Shown here: positions 52,702-64,000 of the stretch, in pieces
How the letters are laid out: the number at the start of each line of letters is the position of its first letter
Position numbering within the stretch: position 1 is the first letter of the stretch
Source: an uncultured Gammaproteobacteria bacterium
GTDB taxonomy: Bacteria; Pseudomonadota; Gammaproteobacteria; DRLM01
Assembly: GCA_963729605.1 (NCBI GenBank)
Contig: CAVSNY010000003.1
Coordinates: 64,001-128,000, forward strand
DNA length: 64,000 nucleotides
Reading direction: 5' to 3'
Made by a program: the position numbers and the translations under genes
Notes under the pieces: generated by a model
The model's database searches: none
What the model was told of the DNA's origin: nothing
What the model saw: only the letters and a program-made list of their open reading frames with translations

Positions 52702-53375
52702 TCGATAGTTTGGTCCGGCTGCAAAAGATCTTCCGCTATCAGTTCTCGCAGCGCGGCTTATTGGAAAGCGCGCTCACCCACCGCAGCGTCGGTAAAAATA
52801 ATAATGAGCGTTTGGAATTCCTCGGCGACGGGGTGCTCAACTTCATCATCGCCCATCACTTGTTCGAGCGTTTTCCCGCCGCCAGTGAAGGCGAACTGAG
52901 TCGGCTGCGCGCCCATTTGGTGCGCGGCGTCACCTTGGCGGCGTTGGCGCGCGAGCATCAATTGGGCAATTATTTGCGGCTGGGTCCGGGCGAGCAGAAA
53001 AGCGGCGGCTTCCGCCGTGAATCGATACTGGCCGGCGCCCTGGAGGCGGTGATCGGCGCGGTCTATTTGGACGGCGGTTTCGACGCGGCGCGGGACATGG
53101 TGCTCGCTTTGTATCAGGATGCGCTGGCCGGCCTGTCTCTCGAGCAGGGTTTGAAGGATCCCAAGACCTGCTTGCAGGAATATTTGCAGTCGCGCGGCTG
53201 GCCGTTGCCGGAATACCGGGTATTGAGCGCCGAGGGCGATGCCCATGCCCAGATATTCAAAGTGGCATGTATACTGACCGAACCCGTGGTGTCCACCGAG
53301 GGTGCGGGCGACAGCCGCCGCAAGGCGGAGCAGGCGGCGGCGCAAGCGGCCTTGGCCGTTTTGACCGGCAAATAA
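52698..53375 (+). CDS. rnc: Ribonuclease III
   Basis: ALTHRS, NERLEFLGD, dsRBD DPKTCLQE...AEQAAA. Confidence 0.96.
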   Translation: MIDSLVRLQKIFRYQFSQRGLLESALTHRSVGKNNNERLEFLGDGVLNFIIAHHLFERFPAASEGELSRLRAHLVRGVTLAALAREHQLGNYLRLGPGEQKSGGFRRESILAGALEAVIGAVYLDGGFDAARDMVLALYQDALAGLSLEQGLKDPKTCLQEYLQSRGWPLPEYRVLSAEGDAHAQIFKVACILTEPVVSTEGAGDSRRKAEQAAAQAALAVLTGK

Positions 53376-53402
53376 ATCTGGTAAAACCTGAAAATCTCCT
53401 TT

Positions 53403-53477
53403 CCGCCAAGACGCCGAGGACGCCGAGAAAATCCTTCTTCATAAAGTAAGAGAGAGATTCTTGGCGCGCTTGGTGTC
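53403..53477. repeat. CGCCAAG-type short tandem plus inverted repeat
   Basis: CGCCAAGAC-GCCGAGGAC-GCCGAGAA facing TTCTTGGCGCGCTTGGTGTC. Confidence 0.5.
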
Positions 53478-53542
53478 GGTCGTCCCTTGAGATATGTTGC
53501 CGCGGCGCTATTCTGCGGCGTAATTAATAGAGCATCGCATTT

Positions 53543-54454
53543 ATGTCAGAAAACCCTACCCCGTTCCGTTGCGGCTACGCCGCCATCATCGGCCGTCCCA
53601 ACGTCGGCAAATCCACCTTGCTCAATCGCATCCTCGGCCAGAAAATCGCCATCACCTCGCCGCGGCCGCAGACCACCCGCCACAAGATCATCGGCATCAA
53701 GACCGAGGCGGCGGGACAGGCGGTCTACGTGGATACCCCGGGTATTCATCGCGGTGGTAAACGCGCCATCAACCGCTACATGAACAAGGCGGCGCGTTCC
53801 TCGGTGGCGGAAGTGGATGTGGTGGTGCTGGTGGTGGACGCCACCCGCTGGACCGATGAGGACGACAGTATCTTGCAAGGCTTGGCCGCGCAGGAGGCGC
53901 CGGTCATCGTCGCGGTGAACAAGGTGGACATGCTGGCGGACAAAGAGGCCTTGCTGCCCTACATCAAAACCCTGGCCGAGAAATTCAATTTCGCCGCCAT
54001 CGTGCCGTTGTCCGCGCGCAAGGGCGATAACATCGAAGGCCTGGAGGCCGAGGTTTTAGCGCGTTTGCCGGAAGGCGAGGCGCTGTTTCCCGAAGACCAG
54101 GTCACCGATCGCAGTCAGCGTTTCATCGCGGCGGAACTGATCCGCGAAAAACTCATGCGCCGCTTGGGCGAGGAATTGCCCTACGCCATCACCGTCGAGA
54201 TCGAAAAATTCGCGGTGGAGGGCGGGCTGTTCCGCATCCATGCCGTGATCTGGGTGGAGAAGGACAGCCAAAAGGCTATCGTCATCGGCAAGGGCGGGTC
54301 CATGCTCAAAGAGATCGGCCAGCACGCCCGCGAGGACATGGAAAAGATTTTCGACGCCAAGGTCTTTCTGGAAACCTGGGTGCGCGTAAAAGAGGGCTGG
54401 TCGGAAGACGAGCGCCTGTTGCGCAAGCTGGGCTATGATGACCGGGAATTGTAG
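53543..54454 (+). CDS. era: GTPase Era
   Basis: GRPNVGKSTL, QTTR, DTPG, NKVD, KH domain IVIGKGG. Confidence 0.97.
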   Translation: MSENPTPFRCGYAAIIGRPNVGKSTLLNRILGQKIAITSPRPQTTRHKIIGIKTEAAGQAVYVDTPGIHRGGKRAINRYMNKAARSSVAEVDVVVLVVDATRWTDEDDSILQGLAAQEAPVIVAVNKVDMLADKEALLPYIKTLAEKFNFAAIVPLSARKGDNIEGLEAEVLARLPEGEALFPEDQVTDRSQRFIAAELIREKLMRRLGEELPYAITVEIEKFAVEGGLFRIHAVIWVEKDSQKAIVIGKGGSMLKEIGQHAREDMEKIFDAKVFLETWVRVKEGWSEDERLLRKLGYDDREL

Positions 54455-54495
54455 CCCCGGCCCGACGCCGCCGGGAAACGGGAATCTTTATCGCC

Positions 54496-55254
54496 ATGAA
54501 CCAGCGCGCCCGGGTCCTGTTGCAACCCGCTTATGTGTTGCACCGCCGCCCCTATCGCGACAGCAGTCTGCTGCTGGATGTGTTCACGCCGGAATTCGGC
54601 CGGGTGGGATTGGTGGCGCGCGGCGCGCGGCAGGCGAAGTCCCGTTCGCAGGCCCTGCTGCAATCGTTTCATCCCCTGTTGATGTCGTGGTCGGGCAACG
54701 GCGAGTTGGCGAATCTCAATGCGGTGGAGAGCGCCGCCGCCGCGCATTGGCTGACCGGCCCCGCTCTGATGAGCGGGCTGTATTTGAATGAATTACTGGC
54801 GCGCCTGCTGCATCGCTTCGATCCTCACCCCGAACTTTATTCCAGTTACGAGACCGCCCTTGCCGCACTGGTGCGCGCGTCGCAGGAGCGAGCCGGCGTC
54901 GCGTTCGAGCCGGTGTTGCGGATTTTCGAGAAACGGCTGCTCGCCGAACTGGGTTATGGCTTGGTGTTGGAGTATGAAGCGGACACCGGTCACCCTGTCG
55001 AAGCCGGGCAAGTTTATGCGTATCATTTGGGCGAGGGGCCGGTGCGCTGGTCCGGCGAGGCGGCGGCGCAGGCGAATGCCTTATTGATCCGCGGCGCCGG
55101 TCTATTGGATTTGGCCCGCGAAGACTTGGCGGACGCCGGCAGTTTGCGGGAGGCCAAACGCTTGATGCGGGCGGCCCTGGCCGCCCACCTGGGGAACAAA
55201 CCCTTGGCCAGCCGCCGCCTGTTTACGCGCCATGCCCAGCGCGAGCCCCTTTGA
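54496..55254 (+). CDS. recO: DNA repair protein RecO
   Basis: [37 protein letters not shown]. Confidence 0.94.
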   Translation: MNQRARVLLQPAYVLHRRPYRDSSLLLDVFTPEFGRVGLVARGARQAKSRSQALLQSFHPLLMSWSGNGELANLNAVESAAAAHWLTGPALMSGLYLNELLARLLHRFDPHPELYSSYETALAALVRASQERAGVAFEPVLRIFEKRLLAELGYGLVLEYEADTGHPVEAGQVYAYHLGEGPVRWSGEAAAQANALLIRGAGLLDLAREDLADAGSLREAKRLMRAALAAHLGNKPLASRRLFTRHAQREPL

Positions 55255-55277
55255 ATCACTATAGAATCGAGGAAATC

Positions 55278-56021
55278 ATGAGTGCGGATCACGCCATTTT
55301 ATTGGGCGTCAATATCGACCATATCGCCACCCTGCGCCAGGCGCGCGGCACCCGTTATCCCGATCCGGTGCAGGCCGCCGTCGAGGCCGAGCAGGCCGGC
55401 GCCGACGCCATCACCCTGCACCTCCGCGAAGACCGCCGCCACATCCAGGAACGGGACGTGGTGCTGCTGAAAGAAATATTACAGACCCGGATGAATCTGG
55501 AGATGGCCGTCACCGAGGAGATGCTGGCCATCGCCGAACGGCTGCGGCCCGAGGAGTGTTGCCTGGTCCCCGAGCGGCGCGAGGAATTGACCACCGAAGG
55601 CGGTTTGGACGTGGTGGGGCAGGAGGCGCGCATTCGGCAAGCGTGCGAACGGTTGGCCGCCGCCGGTTGCCGGGTGTCTTTGTTCGTGGACGCGGACCTG
55701 GCCCAGGTGGAGGCGGCGCAACGCTGCGGCGCGCCGGTGATCGAGATCCACACCGGCCACTACGCCGAGGCCGTTGATGCGCGGACGCGCAATGCCGAAT
55801 TGGAGAAGATCGCGGCGGCGGTGCAACATGGAACGGCGGCCGGACTGCACGTGAACGCCGGTCACGGCCTGCATTATCACAATGTGGATGCGATAGCGGC
55901 CATACCCGCGATCCGGGAATTGAACATCGGCCATGCGATCATCGCCCGCGCCCTGTTCGCCGGTTTGCAGGAGGCGGTCCGCGAGATGAAGCGCCTGATG
56001 CGCGCGGCGCGCGGCCAGTGA
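55278..56021 (+). CDS. pdxJ: Pyridoxine 5'-phosphate synthase
   Basis: [32 protein letters not shown]. Confidence 0.97.
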   Translation: MSADHAILLGVNIDHIATLRQARGTRYPDPVQAAVEAEQAGADAITLHLREDRRHIQERDVVLLKEILQTRMNLEMAVTEEMLAIAERLRPEECCLVPERREELTTEGGLDVVGQEARIRQACERLAAAGCRVSLFVDADLAQVEAAQRCGAPVIEIHTGHYAEAVDARTRNAELEKIAAAVQHGTAAGLHVNAGHGLHYHNVDAIAAIPAIRELNIGHAIIARALFAGLQEAVREMKRLMRAARGQ

Positions 56022-56395
56022 TCCACGGCATCGGCACCGACATCGTGCGGGTCGCCCGCATGCAGGCCAATTGGGAGCGGCACGGCCGGCGTTTCGCAAG
56101 CAAGATATTGGCCCCCTCCGAATACGCCGCGTTCGAGACGGACAAACGTCCCGCCTCTTTCCTCGCCAAACGTTTCGCGGCCAAGGAGGCCATGGTCAAG
56201 GCGCTGGGCACCGGTTTCCGCGATGGGGTCAAGCTTACCGACATCGGCGTGACGCATAACGCCGCCGGCAAGCCCGTCCTGGTCTGCACCGGCCATACCT
56301 TGGCGCTGATGTCTTCCCTGGACATCACCGAGAGTCACTTGAGTTTGGCGGATGAGCAGGAGTACGCGGTGGCCTTCGTGATTTTATTATCGTAA
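56018..56395 (+). CDS. acpS: Holo-ACP synthase
   Basis: [18 protein letters not shown]. Confidence 0.95.
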   Translation: MIHGIGTDIVRVARMQANWERHGRRFASKILAPSEYAAFETDKRPASFLAKRFAAKEAMVKALGTGFRDGVKLTDIGVTHNAAGKPVLVCTGHTLALMSSLDITESHLSLADEQEYAVAFVILLS

Positions 56396-56422
56396 GGCCC
56401 CCCAGATATCTCACGCATTCGC

Positions 56423-56451
56423 TTGAAGGGAGGGGAGGGGTTTGCTAAGAT
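56423..56451 (+). promoter_or_regulatory. Sigma70 promoter of the tRNA-Met/rimP operon
   Basis: TTGAAG-N17-TAAGAT with extended TGn and GC-rich discriminator. Confidence 0.7.
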
Positions 56452-56462
56452 ACGCGCTCTGC

Positions 56463-56539
56463 TGCGGGGTGGAGCAGTCTGGCAGCTCGTCGGGCTCATA
56501 ACCCGAAGGTCGCAGGTTCAAATCCTGCCCCCGCTACCA
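56463..56539 (+). tRNA. Initiator tRNA-fMet(CAT)
   Basis: TCGGG-CTCATAA-CCCGA anticodon arm with three G-C pairs, mismatched 1:72 pair, CCA end; metY-like position. Confidence 0.96.
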
Positions 56540-56550
56540 GCCCATATAAT

Positions 56551-56580
56551 AAAAAAGCCCCGTTCATCGGGGCTTTTTGT
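56551..56580 (+). terminator. Terminator after tRNA-fMet
   Basis: AAAAAGCCCCG-ttcat-CGGGGCTTTTT. Confidence 0.85.
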
Positions 56581-56697
56581 TAAGTACGCTACCGCAAGAG
56601 AGGCGACGGCCGATTGAAATGCAGTACCCGCGGGGCCGCGGCAATGACGGGTGAGGGGTTTTAACCGATCCGTTATTATTTTGGGTAGTGATGTGAA

Positions 56698-56720
56698 GTG
56701 GGCCGTCGGCCCATTTTTTG
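56698..56720 (+). promoter_or_regulatory. rimP leader terminator-like hairpin
   Basis: GTGGGCC-gtc-GGCCCAT-TTTTT just upstream of the rimP RBS, as in gammaproteobacterial rimP leaders. Confidence 0.65.
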
Positions 56721-56735
56721 TTTTTGGAGGCGAGC

Positions 56736-57191
56736 GTGGCACAGGCATCCGAGAAGTTGCGTCGGCCGATCGAGGCCGCGGTGCGAGGTCTGGGCTACGA
56801 ACTGGTCGGGATAGAATACCTTCCCCAGGGACGGCGGTCCTTGTTGCGGGTGTATATCGATACGCCGGAAGGAATTTCCGTGGATGACTGCGAGCGGGTC
56901 AGCCACCAGGTCAGCGGTGTGCTGGAGGTGGAAGAGCCCATCAACGGTCACTATATTTTGGAGGTGTCTTCGCCGGGATTGGACCGGCCGCTGTTTACGG
57001 CGGATCATTTCGGTCGCTTCGCGGGGAATCAGGTGAAACTGCGGTTGTCGTTGCCCTTGGCGGGACGGCGCAACTTCACCGGCCTATTGCAGGGTATGCG
57101 CGACAACGACGTGTTATTGGTTCAGGACGGCGAGGAATTGCGTATTCCGTTGGACAACATCGAACAGGCGCGTCTGGTGCCGGAGTTGTAA
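56736..57191 (+). CDS. rimP: Ribosome maturation factor RimP
   Basis: [26 protein letters not shown]; GTG start after GGAGG. Confidence 0.95.
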   Translation: MAQASEKLRRPIEAAVRGLGYELVGIEYLPQGRRSLLRVYIDTPEGISVDDCERVSHQVSGVLEVEEPINGHYILEVSSPGLDRPLFTADHFGRFAGNQVKLRLSLPLAGRRNFTGLLQGMRDNDVLLVQDGEELRIPLDNIEQARLVPEL

Positions 57192-57277
57192 GGGCCGTCA
57201 CCGGGTCGGAATGGGACGCAGTGGGGGCCAATGATACAGCGCATGGATGGCCGCAAACTCAAGTAAGGGCGAGTAGC

Positions 57278-58771
57278 ATGAGCAAAGAAATTCTTTTGGT
57301 GGTAGAGGCCGTCTCGAACGAGAAGGGTGTCAACGAAAACATCATTTTCGAGGCCATCGAGGCCGCGCTGGCGACGGCGACCAAGAAACGTCATGAAGAA
57401 GAAATCGACGCCCGGGTGAGTATTGATCGCCATACCGGCGATTATTCGACTTTCCGCCGCTGGGAGGTGCTGGAGGACGACGCCCCGGTCGAATATCCCG
57501 AGCGGCAACTGCATCTCGGCGACGCCCGCAAGAAGAAGGCCGACGCCGAAGTGGGCGAGTTTATCGAAGAGCCCATGGAGTCGGTGTCGTTCGGCCGCAT
57601 CGCCGCGCAGACCGCCAAACAAGTCATCGTGCAAAAGGTCCGCGAAGCCGAGCGCGCCCAGGTGGTGGACGCATACAAGAGCCGGGTGGGCGAATTGGTC
57701 ACCGGCGTGGTCAAGCGGGTCGAGCGCGGCAGCGTGATCATGGATCTCGGCGGCAATGCCGAGGGCGTCATCAATCGCGAGGACATGATCCCCCGCGAAA
57801 ACGTCCGCAACGGCGACCGGGTGCGCGGCTATCTGCGCGAGGTGCGTTCGGAAGCGCGCGGTCCGCAATTGTTCGTGTCGCGCACCGCGCCGGAATTATT
57901 GATCGCGCTGTTCAAGTTGGAAGTGCCCGAAGCGGGCGAAGGCGTGATCGAGATCGTCAGCGCCGCGCGCGATCCCGGCTCGCGGGCCAAGATCGCGGTG
58001 AAGACCAACGATCCGCGCATCGATCCGGTCGGCGCCTGCGTCGGCATGCGCGGTTCACGGGTGCAGGCGGTGTCCAACGAATTGGCCGGCGAGCGCATCG
58101 ACATCATTTTGTGGAACGAGAATCCCGCCCAGTTCGTCATCAACGCCATGTCGCCGGCGGAAGTGCAGTCCATCGTGGTCGATGAAGAAACCCACAGCAT
58201 GGACGTGGCGGTGGCCGAGGAAGGCTTGTCGCAAGCCATCGGCCGCGGCGGCCAGAACGTGCGGCTCGCCAGCCAGCTGACCGGTTGGGAGCTCAACGTC
58301 ATGAGCGAGTCGCAGGCCGAGGAAAAGAGCGAATCCGAGACCAACGCCCTCAAGAGCTCGTTCATGGAACAGCTCGACGTCGATGAGGAAGTGGCCAATA
58401 TTCTCGTGCAGGAAGGTTTTTCCAGCATCGAGGAAATCGCCTATGTCCCGATGCAGGAGCTGGTGGCCATCGAGGAATTCGACGAGAGCATCGTCGAGGA
58501 ATTGCGCAACCGCGCCCGCGACGTGTTGTTGACCCGCGCCATCGTCACGGAGGAGAGCGCCGTGGAACCGGCCGCCGATTTGTTGGAATTAAAGGGTATG
58601 GACCGCAGTTTGGCCTTCCGTCTGGCGCAGCGCGGCGTGTTGACCCGCGAGGATTTGGCGGAACAGTCCGTCGATGAATTGCTGGACGTGGAAGGAATGG
58701 ATGAACAGCGCGCAAGTGAGCTGATTATGACGGCGCGGGAACCCTGGTTCGCCACGGAGCAACAAGGCTGA
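57278..58771 (+). CDS. nusA: Transcription factor NusA
   Basis: [41 protein letters not shown] domains. Confidence 0.98.
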   Translation: MSKEILLVVEAVSNEKGVNENIIFEAIEAALATATKKRHEEEIDARVSIDRHTGDYSTFRRWEVLEDDAPVEYPERQLHLGDARKKKADAEVGEFIEEPMESVSFGRIAAQTAKQVIVQKVREAERAQVVDAYKSRVGELVTGVVKRVERGSVIMDLGGNAEGVINREDMIPRENVRNGDRVRGYLREVRSEARGPQLFVSRTAPELLIALFKLEVPEAGEGVIEIVSAARDPGSRAKIAVKTNDPRIDPVGACVGMRGSRVQAVSNELAGERIDIILWNENPAQFVINAMSPAEVQSIVVDEETHSMDVAVAEEGLSQAIGRGGQNVRLASQLTGWELNVMSESQAEEKSESETNALKSSFMEQLDVDEEVANILVQEGFSSIEEIAYVPMQELVAIEEFDESIVEELRNRARDVLLTRAIVTEESAVEPAADLLELKGMDRSLAFRLAQRGVLTREDLAEQSVDELLDVEGMDEQRASELIMTAREPWFATEQQG

Positions 58772-58822
58772 TCAATAGGGTTACTCATTAAGTCGGTAAA
58801 TATGGCTACACTTTCCGCTGCG

Positions 58823-58860
58823 TTCCCGCCCTTGTGCAAGGGGACGGGGCAGGGTGGGGG
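58823..58860. repeat. Degenerate BoxC-like repeat
   Basis: TTCCCGCCCTTG-tg-CAAGGGGACGGGGCAGGGTGGGGG. Confidence 0.45.
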
Positions 58861-58951
58861 TAGGTAAATGACCGTGTTTACTCAGGTGTTGCGAAATTAA
58901 GATTACACAACTTAACTTCGCAACGCCTGAGTCATGGAGCGAGAGGCTAGC

Positions 58952-61498
58952 ATGTCGGAAGTTACGGTAAAACAGTTCGCAGAAGTCGTGGGAATCCCGG
59001 TCGACCGTTTATTGGTTCAACTGGAAGAGGCCGGGTCGAATATCCGTTCCGCCGAGCAGACCATCACCGACAAGGAGAAGGTTGAACTGCTGCAGTATCT
59101 GCGCCGCAACCACGGCCTGTCGTCCGAACTCCCCGGTGTCGCGGAGCCGAAGAAGATCACTCTGAAACGCCGCACCGTCAGCGAGCTCCGCCAGTCCGGG
59201 CCGCAAGGCAAGGCCAAAACGGTGAACGTCGAGGTGCGCCGCCATCGCACCTACGTCAAACGCAGCGTGGCGATGGCCGACGACGTCGCCCGCCTGGAAA
59301 CTCAATTGGCTGAGCGCGCGCGCGAGGAAGAGGAAGAGCAGGCGCGTCTCGCCGAGGCGCAACGCCGGGAAGAGGAAGAAAAACGGCGCATCGCCGAAGA
59401 GGCGCGTCTCGCCGAAGAGCGGCGCCGGGCCGAGGAAGAGGCCCGTCGCGTCGCCGAGGAAGAGGCGCGCCGCGCCGCCGAATTGGCCGCTAAACCGCGG
59501 GCCGAACCGGCGCCGGCCGCCGAGGCCGCCAAGCCCGCCCCCGATGCCGCCAAGGACAAAAAAGACAAACGCCGGCCCGGCAAGGAGCGTGGCCGCGACG
59601 ATGCCTCCGCCGGCAAATACGGCCGTCAGGAATTGCATCTCACCACCGAAAAGGCCGGCCGGCGCAAGAAAGGCCGCGACAATCGCGACCGCGGCGGCGT
59701 GGCGGTCAGCGGCAAGCATGGTTTCGAACGGCCCACCGCGCCCATCGTGCGCGAGGTGAGCATCCCCGAGACCATCACCGTGGCCGAGTTGGCGCAGAAG
59801 ATGTCGGTCAAGGCCACCGAAGTGATCAAATTCATGATGACCATGGGCAGCATGGTCACCATCAATCAGGTGATCGATCAAGAAACGGCGACCCTGGTGG
59901 TGGAAGAAATGGGCCACGTCGCCAAGCCTCTGCAGGAAAGCGCGTTGGAGGATGCCTTGGTAGTGGAATCCCAAGGCGCCGGTACGCGGGACAACCGCGC
60001 GCCGGTGGTCACCATCATGGGCCATGTCGATCACGGCAAGACTTCGTTGCTCGACTACATCCGCCGCACCAAGGTGGCGGCGGGCGAGGCGGGCGGTATC
60101 ACCCAGCACATCGGCGCTTATCACGTCGAGACCAGCAAAGGCATGATCACCTTCCTCGACACGCCGGGCCATGAAGCCTTCACCGCCATGCGCGCCCGCG
60201 GCGCCAAGGCCACCGACATCGTGGTGCTGGTGGTGGCCGCCGACGACGGTGTGATGCGCCAGACCTTGGAGGCCGTGCAACATGCCAAGGCCGGCGGTGT
60301 GCCCATCATCGTCGCGGTCAACAAGATCGATAAACCCGGCGCGGAGCCGGAGCGGGTCAAGCAGGAATTGGTCGGCCATGAAGTCGTGCCGGAAGAGTGG
60401 GGCGGCGACACCATGTTCGTGCACGTCTCCGCCAAGACCGGCGAAGGCATCGACGCTTTGCTGGATTCGATACTGACCCAGGCCGAGGTGATGGAACTCA
60501 CCGCGGTGAAGGACGCGCCCGGCACCGGCGTGGTCATCGAATCCACTTTGGATAAAGGCCGCGGCCCGATGGCGACGATCCTGGTGCAGAACGGCACCAT
60601 GCGCAAAGGCGATATTCTGCTCACCGGCCAGGAATACGGCCGGGTGCGCGCCATGTTCGATGAAACCGGTCGCACCGTCGACGAGGCCGGCCCGTCGATG
60701 CCGGTGGTGGTGCTCGGTTTGTCCGGCACACCCAACGCCGGCGACAGCGCGCAGGTGCTCGCCGACGAGCGCAAGGCGCGGGAAATCGCCTTGTTCCGTC
60801 AAGGCAAGTTCCGCGACGTGGAATTCGCACGCCAGCGCGGCGCGAAACTGGAAGACATGTTCTCGCAGATGGGCCAAGGCGAGATCAGCACGCTCAATAT
60901 GGTCATCAAGACCGACGTCCAGGGTTCCTTGGAAGCCTTGCGCGAGTCGCTCGCCAAACTGTCCACCAATGAGGTGCAGGTCAAGATCATCGCCAGCGGC
61001 GTGGGCGGCATCAACGAATCCGATATCAATCTGGCGGCAGCCTCCAGCGCGGTGATCGTCGGTTTCAACGTGCGCGCCGATGCCTCCGCGCGCCGCGCCG
61101 CCGAGGAACGCGGCGTGGAGCCGCGTTATTACAGCGTGATCTACGACGTCATCGACGACGTGAAAAAGGCGTTGTCGGGCATGTTGTCGCCGGAGATCAA
61201 GGAACAGATCGTCGGTCTCGCCCAGGTGCGCGACGTGTTCCGCTCGCCCAAGTTCGGCGCCATCGCCGGCTGCCTGGTGATGGAAGGCTCGGTCAAGCGT
61301 AATAATCCCATTCGTGTATTGCGCGAGAACGTGGTGATCTACGAAGGCCACTTGGAATCGCTGCGCCGCTTCAAGGACGACGTCAACGAAGTGCGGGCCG
61401 GCACCGAATGCGGTATCGGTGTGAAGGACTACAACGACGTGCGGCCGGGCGATCAAATCGAGGTGTTCGAACGTATCTCGGTCGCGCGCCAGCTTTAA
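58952..61498 (+). CDS. infB: Translation initiation factor IF-2
   Basis: [33 protein letters not shown]. Confidence 0.98.
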   Translation: MSEVTVKQFAEVVGIPVDRLLVQLEEAGSNIRSAEQTITDKEKVELLQYLRRNHGLSSELPGVAEPKKITLKRRTVSELRQSGPQGKAKTVNVEVRRHRTYVKRSVAMADDVARLETQLAERAREEEEEQARLAEAQRREEEEKRRIAEEARLAEERRRAEEEARRVAEEEARRAAELAAKPRAEPAPAAEAAKPAPDAAKDKKDKRRPGKERGRDDASAGKYGRQELHLTTEKAGRRKKGRDNRDRGGVAVSGKHGFERPTAPIVREVSIPETITVAELAQKMSVKATEVIKFMMTMGSMVTINQVIDQETATLVVEEMGHVAKPLQESALEDALVVESQGAGTRDNRAPVVTIMGHVDHGKTSLLDYIRRTKVAAGEAGGITQHIGAYHVETSKGMITFLDTPGHEAFTAMRARGAKATDIVVLVVAADDGVMRQTLEAVQHAKAGGVPIIVAVNKIDKPGAEPERVKQELVGHEVVPEEWGGDTMFVHVSAKTGEGIDALLDSILTQAEVMELTAVKDAPGTGVVIESTLDKGRGPMATILVQNGTMRKGDILLTGQEYGRVRAMFDETGRTVDEAGPSMPVVVLGLSGTPNAGDSAQVLADERKAREIALFRQGKFRDVEFARQRGAKLEDMFSQMGQGEISTLNMVIKTDVQGSLEALRESLAKLSTNEVQVKIIASGVGGINESDINLAAASSAVIVGFNVRADASARRAAEERGVEPRYYSVIYDVIDDVKKALSGMLSPEIKEQIVGLAQVRDVFRSPKFGAIAGCLVMEGSVKRNNPIRVLRENVVIYEGHLESLRRFKDDVNEVRAGTECGIGVKDYNDVRPGDQIEVFERISVARQL

Positions 61499-61560
61499 AC
61501 GCGCGAAGCGTTCGGCAAGTGCACGCACGGTCGGCCGTTCGCCGCGGAGTCGTATAACTT

Positions 61561-61947
61561 ATGGCAAAAGAATTCAGCCGCACCCAGCGCATGGGCGGAC
61601 AGATCCAGCGCGAGCTGGCCTTGATCGTCCAGCAGGAAATTCGTGATCCGCGCGTGGGTTTCGTGACCATTTCCGCCGTGGAACTCTCCCGCGACTTATC
61701 CCACGCCAAGGTCTTCATCACCGTGATGGATCCGGCGCAGGACGTCGCCGAGACCCTCAAGGTGTTGAACAAGGCCTCGGGTTTTCTGCGCAAGCTGCTG
61801 GGTCAGCGCATGGTGATGCGCAGCCTGCCGGAACTGCGTTTTGCCTACGACAAATCCTTGGATGAAGGTTCGCGCATCGACGCCCTGCTGCACCGGGTGG
61901 CCGCCGAGCGGAAAAAAGAGGAAGACAATGACGAGGAGCAAACCTAA
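61561..61947 (+). CDS. rbfA: Ribosome-binding factor A
   Basis: EIRDPRVG, SRDLSHAKVF, PELRFAYD. Confidence 0.96.
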   Translation: MAKEFSRTQRMGGQIQRELALIVQQEIRDPRVGFVTISAVELSRDLSHAKVFITVMDPAQDVAETLKVLNKASGFLRKLLGQRMVMRSLPELRFAYDKSLDEGSRIDALLHRVAAERKKEEDNDEEQT

Positions 61948-62859
61948 GTGATCCGTCACAAACTCCGGGATGTGAACGGGATCGTCCTGCTCGACAAACC
62001 CATTGGCATTACCTCCAACGGCGCCTTGCAGACGGTCAAGCGGCTTTTCCAAGCGCGCAAGGCCGGCCACACCGGCAGCCTCGACCCCTTGGCCTGTGGT
62101 TTGTTGCCGCTGTGTTTCGGTTCGGCGACCAAGGTTTCGGCCTTTTTGCTGGAATCGGACAAGGAGTATCAGGTCACCGTCAAGCTGGGGGAGAAGACCA
62201 CCACCGGCGACGCCGAGGGCGAGGTGACCTCCCGCCGCGACGCCGGCGCGGTGAGCGACGCGGCGATCGCCGCGGTGCTGCCGCGCTACACCGGTTCGAT
62301 ACAGCAGATACCGCCCATGCACTCCGCGATCAAGCAGAATGGCCAACCGCTTTATAAATTGGCGCATCAAGGTATCGAGGTGGAACGCCAGCCGCGCGAG
62401 GTGACGATTTATGACTTGCGCCTGCTGCGCCGTGACGGCGATGCCCTGGATTTGGCGGTGAGTTGCTCGAAGGGCACCTATATTCGCACCTTGGCCGAGG
62501 ACATCGGCGAGACCCTGGGCGTGGGCGCGCATGTGTCGGCCCTGCGCCGTACCGCGGCCGGCCCGTTCCAGGCCAGCCAAATGGTGGACCTGGAAACCCT
62601 GCAAGCCGCGGCCGAGCAAGGGCTTGCGGCGCTGGCGGACTTTTTGTTGCCGATGGATGCCGCCTTGGAAAAATGGCCCGATGTCTGTCTGTCGGAGGAC
62701 ATGGCCTATTTTGTCCGGCAGGGACAGCCGGTGTTCGTCCCCAAGGCCCCCACCAGCGGCTGGGTCAAGCTGCGCACCGCCGACCGCCGCTTTCTGGGGG
62801 TCGGTCGCGTGCTGGAAGACGGCCGCGTCGCCCCGAAACGGTTGGTGAGCGGGGCATGA
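61948..62859 (+). CDS. truB: tRNA pseudouridine(55) synthase
   Basis: [28 protein letters not shown]. Confidence 0.97.
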   Translation: MIRHKLRDVNGIVLLDKPIGITSNGALQTVKRLFQARKAGHTGSLDPLACGLLPLCFGSATKVSAFLLESDKEYQVTVKLGEKTTTGDAEGEVTSRRDAGAVSDAAIAAVLPRYTGSIQQIPPMHSAIKQNGQPLYKLAHQGIEVERQPREVTIYDLRLLRRDGDALDLAVSCSKGTYIRTLAEDIGETLGVGAHVSALRRTAAGPFQASQMVDLETLQAAAEQGLAALADFLLPMDAALEKWPDVCLSEDMAYFVRQGQPVFVPKAPTSGWVKLRTADRRFLGVGRVLEDGRVAPKRLVSGA

Positions 62860-62884
62860 GTTCGCCCCCGGTCCGTTTATCCGC

Positions 62885-62914
62885 TTGTATGTAGCGGGCT
62901 TTACTAGGTAAAAT
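62885..62914 (+). promoter_or_regulatory. Putative sigma70 promoter of rpsO
   Basis: TTGTAT-N18-TAAAAT followed by GC-rich ACGCGCC. Confidence 0.55.
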
Positions 62915-62958
62915 ACGCGCCTTCTAATGAGAGCGTTAAAGACACTTGGAGTTATTGC

Positions 62959-63228
62959 ATGTCACTGAGCACTGAAGCCACCCAGCAGATCATCAAAGAT
63001 TATCAGCGGGGTCCCAGCGATACCGGTTCACCGGAAGTACAGGTTGCGATCCTCTCGGCGCGCATCGATCAACTGTCCGGTCATTTCAAGGACCACGCCA
63101 AAGACCACCATTCACGTCAAGGTTTGTTGAGAATGGTGAGCCAGCGCCGCAGTCTGTTGGATTATCTGAAGCGCAGCGACACCGAGCGTTATCGCAGTCT
63201 GGTGTCCCGTTTGGGTCTGCGTCGCTGA
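62959..63228 (+). CDS. rpsO: 30S ribosomal protein S15
   Basis: [21 protein letters not shown]. Confidence 0.98.
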   Translation: MSLSTEATQQIIKDYQRGPSDTGSPEVQVAILSARIDQLSGHFKDHAKDHHSRQGLLRMVSQRRSLLDYLKRSDTERYRSLVSRLGLRR

Positions 63229-63267
63229 AATGCGTTTTTCCGCCTGCGCAGTGGCGCCGTGCGAACA

Positions 63268-63293
63268 GGGGCCGAACGGATGTTCGGCCTTTA
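63268..63293 (+). terminator. Hairpin between rpsO and pnp
   Basis: GGCCGAAC-ggat-GTTCGGCC-TTTA. Confidence 0.55.
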
Positions 63294-63350
63294 TCGCTTC
63301 TGAAGGGTCGCCGCGCTTAGTCCCCTCTTCCTGCTTGTAAGGATGCTCAC

Positions 63351-64000
63351 GTGAATCCCTATAGAAAAACTTTCCAATACGGTGATCAAACCGTCACCAT
63401 CGAGACCAACGAAGTTGCGCGGCAAGCCACCGGCGCGGTGATGATCAGCATGGGCGGCACAGTCGTGATGGTGACCGCGGTAGGTAAAAAAGAGGCGGTC
63501 GAAGGCCGCGACTTTTTTCCGCTGACCGTCAACTACCAGGAACGCACCTACGCTGCGGGCAAGATCCCCGGCGGTTTCTTCAAGCGCGAGGGCCGGCCCT
63601 CGGAGAAGGAAACCCTCACCTCCCGCCTCATCGACCGCCCGCTGCGCCCGCTGTTTCCCAAAGGTTTCATCAACGAAGTGCAAGTCATCGCCACCGTGGT
63701 GTCGATGGACAAGGACATCGACGCCGACATCCCGGCCCTGTTGGGCGCCTCGGCGGCGCTGGCCATCTCCGGCCTGCCCCTCGAAGCCCCCATCGGCGCG
63801 GCGCGGGTGGGTTATGCCGATGGTAAATTTTTGCTGAATCCCCGTCTGAGCGAACTCAAGACCTCCCAATTGGATCTGGTGGTCGCCGGCACCGAAGACG
63901 CCGTGTTGATGGTGGAATCCGAGGCGCGCGAGCTGCCGGAAGCGGTGATGCTCGACGCGGTGATGTTCGGCCATGAACAAATGCAGATCGCCATTCGCGC
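63351..64000 (+). CDS. pnp: Polyribonucleotide nucleotidyltransferase (3' truncated by window)
   Basis: GTG start; reads [49 protein letters not shown]; follows rpsO. Confidence 0.96.
   Translation, partial: MNPYRKTFQYGDQTVTIETNEVARQATGAVMISMGGTVVMVTAVGKKEAVEGRDFFPLTVNYQERTYAAGKIPGGFFKREGRPSEKETLTSRLIDRPLRPLFPKGFINEVQVIATVVSMDKDIDADIPALLGASAALAISGLPLEAPIGAARVGYADGKFLLNPRLSELKTSQLDLVVAGTEDAVLMVESEARELPEAVMLDAVMFGHEQMQIAIR

Noticed and set aside
59310-59500. Repetitive GAAGAGGCGCG-type sequence in infB
   Set aside because: Normal Glu/Ala/Arg-rich IF-2 linker
59009-61528. 839-aa antisense ORF over infB
   Set aside because: Same shadow-frame effect; composition mirrors the sense codons
62915-62958. 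S15 autoregulatory leader
   Set aside because: Expected by position, but I cannot recognise the consensus structure

Overview
GC-rich gammaproteobacterial chromosome segment, mostly core genome. Order: clpX(partial)-lon-hupB-tRNA-Val-tRNA-Asp-ppiD, a dicarboxylate/amino-acid symporter, fabI, an atypical five-gene peptide ABC importer, mltD-gloB / methyltransferase-rnhA-dnaQ, then accessory genes (exported ankyrin protein, TerB-like protein, bepA, DUF427, egtB-egtD, Cache-plus-membrane protein), prfB-lysS, a small accessory block (flavin reductase, VOC protein, RIO kinase, HDOD), ygfZ / sdhCDAB-sdhE-ygfX, nadB / rpoE-rseAB-mucD-lepAB-DUF4845-rnc-era-recO-pdxJ-acpS, and tRNA-fMet-rimP-nusA-infB-rbfA-truB-rpsO-pnp(partial). 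I found no transposase, integrase, phage gene, CRISPR array or recognisable defence system. Gene calls come from recognising protein motifs and synteny by eye, not from database searches. The main oddities are: two single-base frameshifts in conserved genes (a second one in prfB and one at a G7 tract in nadB, probably assembly errors); the unusual ABC importer; a four-hairpin MITE-like element with CsrA-type GGA loops; two intergenic multibranch RNA-like folds; and several short repeat families. None of these amounts to a demonstrated new system.
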